A stretch of DNA of 64,000 bases, from positions 280 to 64,279 of the forward strand of contig CAIOYH010000068.1 of NCBI GenBank assembly GCA_903862465.1. Reading direction: 5' to 3'. The stretch is from an uncultured bacterium (GTDB lineage: Bacteria > Bacteroidota > Bacteroidia > Bacteroidales > CAIWKO01). The notes below the pieces were generated by a model. The model saw only the letters and a program-made list of their open reading frames with translations, had not been told where the DNA came from and did not search any database. This document shows, piece after piece, positions 11,301-20,300 of the stretch; within the stretch, counting starts at the first letter, position 1, and the number at the start of each line of letters is the position of its first letter. The position numbers were made by a program, and so were the translations under genes.

Positions 11301-14300
11301 ATACAAGTTAAATTTGGATTGCTTGATGCATCAAAATCAGTTAAGTTGGTATTGTATCCATTTTTTACATTCAAGCTCGTTAATTGATTGTTGTTGCAAT
11401 ACAAAGTCTGAAGAGCAGTATTGGATATAACATTTAAGCTGCTTAAAGAATTGATACCGGTTGCCAACGTAGTAAGTGCTGTATTGGAAGAGACATCCAA
11501 ACTCGTTAGATGATTGAAGTAACAATATAGCTCTGTAAGAGAAGTAAGACTGGATACATTCAGGCTCGTTAATAAATTGCCGCTACAATCAAGATACGTA
11601 AGATGTGTATTGGATGAAAGATTCAAACTTGTTAGTGAATTGCTGCTACAATCCAAATACGTGATATTCGTAAAAGATGCTATGCCTGTTAAATCAGAAA
11701 TGTTGTGCCCACTTACATTTATGCTTCCTGTATAAGCAGCAGCTTCCGAACATTCAATTTCTCCATCGTTATTGGCATCAATCCCTGATATTGCTAACAA
11801 TGCCGCATTAAAGTTCGCATCAGGGATGATTACAACACAAGCACTGCAATTTGTACTATATCTTGCCGTAGCATCCTTCTTTTGCCAATTGGCAGTTGAC
11901 CAGGGTACATTGTCCACCTGAATACAAGTTAAGTCAGGGTTGTTAGTGGCATCAATATCTATAAAATTGACATTGTTTCCATTCTTTACGTTCAAACTCG
12001 TTAGTGAATTGTTTTGACAATACAAGGTTTTCAGCGCAGAAACAGATGAAACATCCAAAGTCGTTATAGCATTATCGCTACAGTTCATACCCATAAGAGC
12101 CGTATTTAAAGAAACATACAAATTGGATAATTGATTGCTGTTACAGTAAATCTCAGTAATCAAAGAAAGCCCGGTAATATTTAAATTGGTCAAATTATTA
12201 GTGTTACAATTCAAATATGTTAGTGCGGTGTTGGTATGTAAATCCAAAGTCGTTATTTGATTACCCGCACAATCTATAGCTAAAAGTGCGGTAATACCTG
12301 TAACATTCAAAGTCGTTAAAGCATTGCCGGAACAATCTAAACGTTCAATCTTTGTATTAGATGATAAATCCAAAGACGTTAGGAGATCCATATAACAGTT
12401 CAATTCGGTGATATTAATAAAAGCTTCTATACCTGTCAAATCTGTAATAGGGGACGAGGTTGCGTAAATAGTTCCGGTATAAGCCGTAGCTTCATCACAT
12501 TGCACTTCCCCATCACCATTGGCATCAAGCCCGGATGTTGCTATCAGTGCCGCTTTAAAGTGTGCGTCGGGAATGTTTATAACACAAATGCCGCAATCTG
12601 TACTAAAAATTGCTTCATCAATACCACCTGACCAGTAGTCTTCCGACCATTGCACATTATCTACCTGAATACAGGTTAAACTAGGATTATTGGTTGCATA
12701 AAAGTCGGTATTGATGTTAGTATTATGTCCATTTTTTATATTCAGAGTCATTAGTAAATTGTTAATGCAAGTAAATGTTCTGAGAGCTATATTGGATGAA
12801 ACATCTAAGTATTTTAATGAATTATGGTTGCAATCCAGATACGTAAGCGCTGTATTGGATGAAACATTTATGCTTGCTAATAAATTGATGCTACAATCCA
12901 GATAGGTGAGAGCCGTATTGGATGAAACATTCATGCTCGTTATATGGTTGTTGGAAAATGCAAGATCGGAAAGAGCGGTTAAGTCTGAAACATTTAGGCT
13001 CGTTAATGCATTGGCATTGCAATTTAAAGTTTGAAGAGCCGTATTGGATGAAACATCCAGACCGGTAATTGAATTGCTGCTGCAATCCAGATAGGTAAGA
13101 TGTGTATTGGATGAAACATTCAGGCTTGTGAGTGAATTGCCAAAGCAATCCAAGTAAGTGATATTCGTAAATGATGCAATGCCTGTTAAATCAGAAATGT
13201 TTTTTTCGCTTACATTAAGGTCGCCTGTATAAGCAGCAGCATCTGAACATTTGATTTCACCTTCACCATCATCAAGCCCGGGTATGAGTAATAAGGCAGC
13301 TTTAAAGTTTGCATCGGGGATGTTTACAACGCAAATGCTGCAATCTGTACTATATCGTGCAATAGCATCTTTATTTGTCCAGTTGGTTTTTGACCAGGAC
13401 ATATTATCAACCTGAATGCAAGTTAAATCTGGGTTGTGTGTGGTACAAAAATAAGAGTTTGAAATGTTGGTGTTGTTTCCATTTTTAATATTCAAACTGC
13501 TTAATGAATTATAGCTACAATCCAATCTCGATATGGCTGTATTGGATGAAAAATCGAGACTTGTCAGTTGGTTAGATGCACAATTAATCCTAACAAGTGA
13601 AGTAAGACCGCTTACATTCAAATTAGTCAATAAATTATTATTGCAATACAAACCAATAAGTGCTGAGTTGGATGAAACATCTAAACTTGTTATTTGATTG
13701 TAAGCACAACCAAAATAATTTAAAGAAGAAAAACCGGAAATATTTAAACTTGTTAGTGAATTATTTCCACAAAGAAAATTCACAAGAGCAGTATTGGACG
13801 ACACATCTAAAGCTGTTAGTTGATTATTGCTGCAATCCAAATCGGTGAGCAATGTAAGAGCGGAAATATGTAAAGTTGTCAAGTTATTACTATTACAGAA
13901 TAATTTAGTAATACTAGTAAAAGCTTCTATACCTGTCATATCAGAAATGTTCTTTGATTGTACATCTATATCTCCTGTATAATCAGCAGCTTCGCCACAT
14001 TCAATTTTGCCATCGCTATTAGCATCAAGTCCGGGAATTGCCATCAAATATGCTTTAAAGTTTGCATCGGGAATGTTTACTATACATTGCACTGTTACGG
14101 TTATTGCTGTTCTTGTCAGACTTGCGCCGCATGTGGTATTGTCTTGAACATAATAGGTAGTATTGGAGGTTAATACAGGTGTGGTGAAATCTGTGCCTGC
14201 CCCTAAATAAATTCCTCCTGCGGTGTACCAGCCAAGTGTTCCTGTGCCGCTTGCAGAAAGCGTAGTAGAATTTCCTGTCAGAATTAATTGATTGTCAGGA

Positions 14301-17300
14301 GGGGTAGTATTGGTTGGTGCAGGAGGCAAAGGAATAGATGTAACTATGATTGCAGTTCTTGTTATGCTTGCCCCGCAGGTGCTGTCCTGAACATAAAATG
14401 TAGTATTGGAGTTTAGTACAGGTGTTGTGAAATTGGTTCCTGTACCTAAATGATTACCTCCCGTTGCTGCATTGTACCAACCAAGTGTTCCGGTACCGCT
14501 TGCACTTAATGTAGTAGAATTTCCACTGCAAACTGTTTGGTTGGCATCAGGAGTTGTATTGGTTGGTGCTGGCAAAAAAGTAACTGTAACATCAATTGCT
14601 GTCCTAGGTACATTTTGGCAGGTGCTGGGAGCTTGTACATAAAAAGTAGTACTTGAATTTAAAGGCGGTGTGGTGTAATTGCTTCCTTCATAAAGAATAT
14701 CACCACCTGTAGCCACATCGTACCAGCCGGGCGTACCCGAGCCGCTTGCATTTAGGGTAGTGGAATTTCCAATACAAATTGTTTGATTGGGGGCAGGTGT
14801 TGTATTGGTTGGTGCTTCAGACGCTGCTGGTAAGTAGGAAGCAGTAATAGCTGTCCTTGGACAGGTGGTGCATCCATCATTTGCAGCCACAAAATAGGTT
14901 ATATCTGCCGAAATGACGGGGGTTGTGAAAGAGGTGCCTGTTCCTAAAGGTGTACCTCCCGTTGCATTAGCATACCAATTAATGGCTCCGTAATTCCCTG
15001 TTGCCTTTAAAATGACCTGACCGGGTCCGCAGGTTGAGCCGGGTGTTGTACTTGTTATACCCGATTCAGTATTTACTATTACATTCGTTAAGGTTGAAAT
15101 TTTCTGATTATTTCCGGAGTTGTGGTAATAGGTATAAGCCAGATCTGGCTTCCCATCGCCATTCAAATCGCCTATGGTAACTGTGTTAGGAGAATATTTA
15201 GGGATAGAATAATAGAGTGTTGGGGCAAAAGATATAGTACCCGGCGTGCTTGTGTTTTTAATAATTGGAATGGCATAATTATAACCTGTATAACTTGTAG
15301 CTATATCAGGTTTGGAGTCTCCGTCTATATCGCCTATAGAAAAATTGAGAGGGTTTGATCCTGTAATAAATTTCACCGGTGTAGCAAATGAAATATTTCC
15401 GGAGGTGCTGGTGTTTCTGCAAACAGATATACTGTTTTCCGAATAACTGGCAGCAGCAAGATCGAGCGTTCCGTCGCCATCCACATCCCCCATCTGAACC
15501 CAGTAAATGTTCGACCCCATTGTTAAATTTGTAGCTGCTGCAAAAGAAATGCCTCCCGGTGTGCTTGTGTTTTTATAAACGGAAGCGAAACCTTCTTCAC
15601 TATTGGATACAGCCAGTTCCGGCTTTCCGTCGCCATCCAAATCGCCTATTGCAACATTTTCGGGTACATTTCCGCTTGCATAATCCATTTTGGGCGCAAA
15701 GGAAAGTGTTCCTGCCGTACTCGTATTTCTAAAAACTGAAATGGTGTTGGAAATTTTATTTACAACAACAAGGTCAGGTTTGCCATCAACATCCAAATCA
15801 CCTATAGCAACGCCGCACGGATGCACCCCTGTTGTATAATGAATCGGAGAAGCAAAAGAAAGATTTCCACCTGTGCTTGTGTTCCTAAATACTAAAACAA
15901 CATTGTAATCAGTATCATAACCTGAATAATTATCATTTGTAGCAACAATATCAGGTTTCCCGTCACCGTCCACATCAGCTACAGCAATGCCATAAAATTG
16001 AGTTTCGTCAACAATTCCGTCAAGATAAGTCCCCTGATCAAAGGAAATTGTGTTGCCTGTACTATTATTTGTTAAAACCGAGATATATTTAAAATTATTA
16101 GTAACAATAATGTCCGGTTTTCCATCCAGGTTTACGTCGCACATTGTCATATTATAGGGTTCGATATTGGCTGGGAAATCCGTGAAAGATTCAAAAGAGC
16201 CTGTATTTATAACTCCTCCGCATGCAAAGGTAGTCATAAATGGTTGAGCAGAGTATGCGGTTAAGCCGGTGTTGAATTTGGTAACAGAAATGTTTTGATA
16301 TGTTATGCCTGCCGGTACGGTAACGGTTAGGGAGGTAGCACTTGCAGCAGTAACCGTAGCTATGGTAGCACCAAAGAATACAATATCATTTGACGGATTT
16401 GTGTCGAAGTTTGTACCTGATATGGTTACTGTTGTGCCAATTGGACCTGAAGTGGGCGTAAACGAAGTAATGGTAGGCGTTCCGTTTACTACCACTGTTG
16501 TTGCAGGAGAAGTTCCGGGACAACCATAACTGTTTTTTGCAGTAACTGTGTACGAACCTGAAGTACTCGCGGTGATGGTTTGCGTTGTTTCGCCGGTTGA
16601 CCAGAGATAGCTACTATGGACATCCGATTGCAATAGTGTGGAACTGCCTGCATTTATGGTGACGGGACCTACCGGATTAATAATCGGGGATGGGCGCGGA
16701 TTTACTATAACAGAAGTTGCTGATGAAACTGCATGACATCCGTCGCCATCTGTAACAGTAACAGTATAGAAATCGGGAATTGTGGCACCTATAGACTGCG
16801 TTGTTGCACCTGTACTCCAAAGATATGAAACTCCCGCGTTGGATGTCAATGTTGCTGCATCGCCTGTGCAAGTTGAAGTCTGACCATTAGGGGTAATTGT
16901 TGCAATAGGGGTTGTATATAAGATTAGTGTAGCATTTCCATCGCTATGGATGCAGCCCGACATACATCTATATTTGTAGCCATTCAAGGCATAGGTAGGG
17001 TTGGTAAGGGTTAATGTGGGTGTGGTTGCATTTGAATAAACGCCACCGTTGCTGATGTTTGCCCAGCTTGTACCGTTATATTCCTGCCATTGGTAAGAGG
17101 TTCCTCCGCTAACAGCGACGGTAAAGTGTACTGTTGCCGTCCCCGGACAAATTATCGGTGGGCTTGCAGGCTGTTGGGTAATGGTCAAATCACAGGGAGA
17201 ATACGTTACCTTGATTTCGCCTCTTGCACCTGCCCCGCCCTTAGTACCATTGGTGTTATCAGCAGCACCGCCACCGCCACCACCGGGAATCGAACCATCA

Positions 17301-20300
17301 GCACCATTTCCACGGTTGTTTCCGCCAGTACCGCCATTACCGCCAGGATAGGTACCTGTGCCACCTGCACCCCTGTAATTATGCATGCCTCCATTGCTGC
17401 CGTTGGAACCGCTTCCTGCTGCTCCGCCTCCGCCTCCACCATAATCATAATTATTTCCTGATCCGCCATCACCCCCTTTATACAAATATCCTGCGCCGGA
17501 AGAACCGCCTGTGCCTCCATGTCCATAACAATATCCTGAACATGCGGTGTACTCTCCACCGAGGCCTGGGGCAGCACTGCATGTACCGGCAATTCCTGTA
17601 AACGTTGTTGTGCCTCCGTCATTTCCATCTCTAAGAATACCACCAATGCCACCGGCTCCAACTGTTACGGTGTAAACCTGACCGGGCAATACCTGCATTA
17701 GCTGTTGAGAATAGGCACCTCCTCCACCCGCTCCCCCTGCTGCATTACTGCCATAATTACCATAAGCAGCACCGCCACCGCCGCCACCGCCCCAGCAATG
17801 CACAGTTATGGTGTAAACATTTTCCGGCACGGTCCATGAGCCGGAGCTTGTAAACACTGCCATAACTTGAAATGCTCCTGAAACTGCACTGGTTGCTGTT
17901 CCACACGTACCTGTTACAACACAGTAGTAGTATAACGTTCCTGTAGTTGTTGTCTGGGGTGTATAACTATACGTTTGTGCGCCATTGTTTGCTGCTAAGG
18001 AAGTTCCCCCGCTATTGTTTGAACTTGCATTACTATACCATTGATACGTTAAATTAGTTCCTGTTGCTGTTACGGTAATTGGGTTAAAAGTTCCACCTAT
18101 GTTTTGTGTTTGGCCTGCTGTTGATTGGCTGCTTATGTTTGTTACAGCATTTGTAATAAATGCTCCTGAAGCTGCACTGCTTACGGCTGCACATGTGCTG
18201 GTTACAACACAGTAGTAGTATAAAGTTCCTGCGGTTGTTGCCTGCGGTGTATAACTATACGTTTGTGCGCCATTGTTTGCTGCTAAGGAAGTTCCCCCGC
18301 TATTGTTTGAACTTGCACTGCTATACCATTGGTAACTTAAATTAGTTCCTGTTGCTGTTACAGTAATTGGTGTAAAGGTTCCATTTAAGCATTGCGTTTG
18401 GGATGCTGTTGATTGGCTGCTTATGTTTGTTGCAGCATCTGTTATAAATGCTCCTGAAGCTGCACTGCTTACTGCTTCACATGTACCGCTTACAACACAG
18501 TAGTAGTATAACGTTCCTTCGGTTGTTGCTTGTGGTGTATAACTATACGTTTGTGCTCCATTGTTTGCTGCTAAGGAAGTTCCCCCGCTATTGCCCGGAC
18601 TTGTGAGCCAATACCATTGATAAGACAAATTAGTTCCTGTTGCTGTTACCGTAATTGGAGTAAAAGTCCCATTTAAGCATTGTGTTTGGGTTGCTGTTGA
18701 TTGGCTTGTGATAGTTGTTGGCGGATTAGCTTGTTCCAGTCCTGGTATAGGATTTACTTCCGGACTTGCTCCGGGTGTGTCGTAAGTAATTTCCCGCAGA
18801 TATGGGTATGATATATACGAACAGTTTTCAATTTTCCAAATGCCGCTGCCTGTTGTAAAATCCCAATCGGAAGGTGATGTGGTAAAAGGGCTTTGTGTTT
18901 TCATTTCTGCGGTGGTTAAGCCTGTGCCACCAAAGGAAGTAGATTTACCGCTTGTTTGAGTATCCCAGAAGCAGTTGGTGATATCTTCGTAGTAATTATT
19001 ATTTCCAAGTAAGCCGCCGATATTAGTCCCGATGCTGCTAACACTACCGTTAGAATAACAGTTATTTGCAGGAGAAGCATTACTACCAACCAAGCCGCCT
19101 ACATAATTATTGCCACTAACATTGCCGGTAGCATAACTGTTGGTTAAATCAGCACCTTCATGGGCTCCTACCAAGCCACCGACATAAATAGAGCTACCGA
19201 TGCCGGTAACACTACCGGTTGCATAACATTTGCTGATAGTACCACCATTGTATGCAACTAAGCCACCGACAAAACCATAATTAGTACCAGTAGCACCGGT
19301 AACACTACCGGTCGAATAACATTTGATGATGAGAGCGCCGGTACTTGCATTGTTGCCAACTAAACCACCTACCATTTTGTTTCCACTTATATTACCAGTT
19401 GTATGACTATTGCTTATTGTACCGTTGTTATTTAATGCAACTAAGCCCGCGACATAATGATTGCCACTAACATTAGCTTTTGAATAGCTACTGTCCATGG
19501 TGCCGCTATCAAATTCTCCAGCTATGCCACCGACTTCATCTCCTCCACTGACACTACCCGTTGAATAGCAATTGCTGATGGTGCCGCCACCACGCATACC
19601 TAACAAACCACCAACAAAATTGCCTCCGGTAATATTAATATTGATTAAACCTAAGTTTGTAACCCCATTTCCCGAACCCAACATATACCCAAATAAACCA
19701 ACATAATCCGTTGAACTTCGGCTGATATACAAACCTGTAATCGTATGGTTTTGTCCATTGTAAGTGCCTTGAAAAGGAGTGGCATAATTTCCAATTGGAG
19801 AAAAACCGCTGCCACTATTCCAGTTTGCAGTTTGTGAAGCATCAATATCTGCTGTTTGTATATAGTTCTTATTCCAGTATCCCGAATTTATCGAAAGCCA
19901 GTACAGATTATTCAGATTGGCTATTTGGTAAGGGGCACCTGCGGTGCCGCTTCCGGCAGGGGCTGTGGCAATTGGATTTACAATAAAAGCACCGGAAACT
20001 GCACTTGTTTGTGCTGCACCACATATTGAGCTTACCACACAATAATAATAGAGCGTTCCTATGGTGGTTGCTTGGGGGGTATAACTGTTGGTTTGTGCGC
20101 CATTGTTTGAGCCAAGTGAAGTTCCCCCACTATTGCTTGCAGTTGCATTGCTATACCATTGATACGTTACATTAGTGCCTGTTGCTGTTACCGTAATTGC
20201 GGTAAAAGTTCCGTTTAAACTTCGTGTTTGTGTAGCTGTTGATTGGCTGCTGATAGCGGGAGGTGTACAATTTCTTACAACCATAAATTGGCTGAACGCG

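Noticed and set aside
17090-17661. 123-aa (+) and 151-aa (-) ORFs within the glycine-rich block of the giant gene
   Set aside because: GC-rich Gly codon runs remove stops in several frames. The products are low-complexity, and the main frame is continuous across the region.
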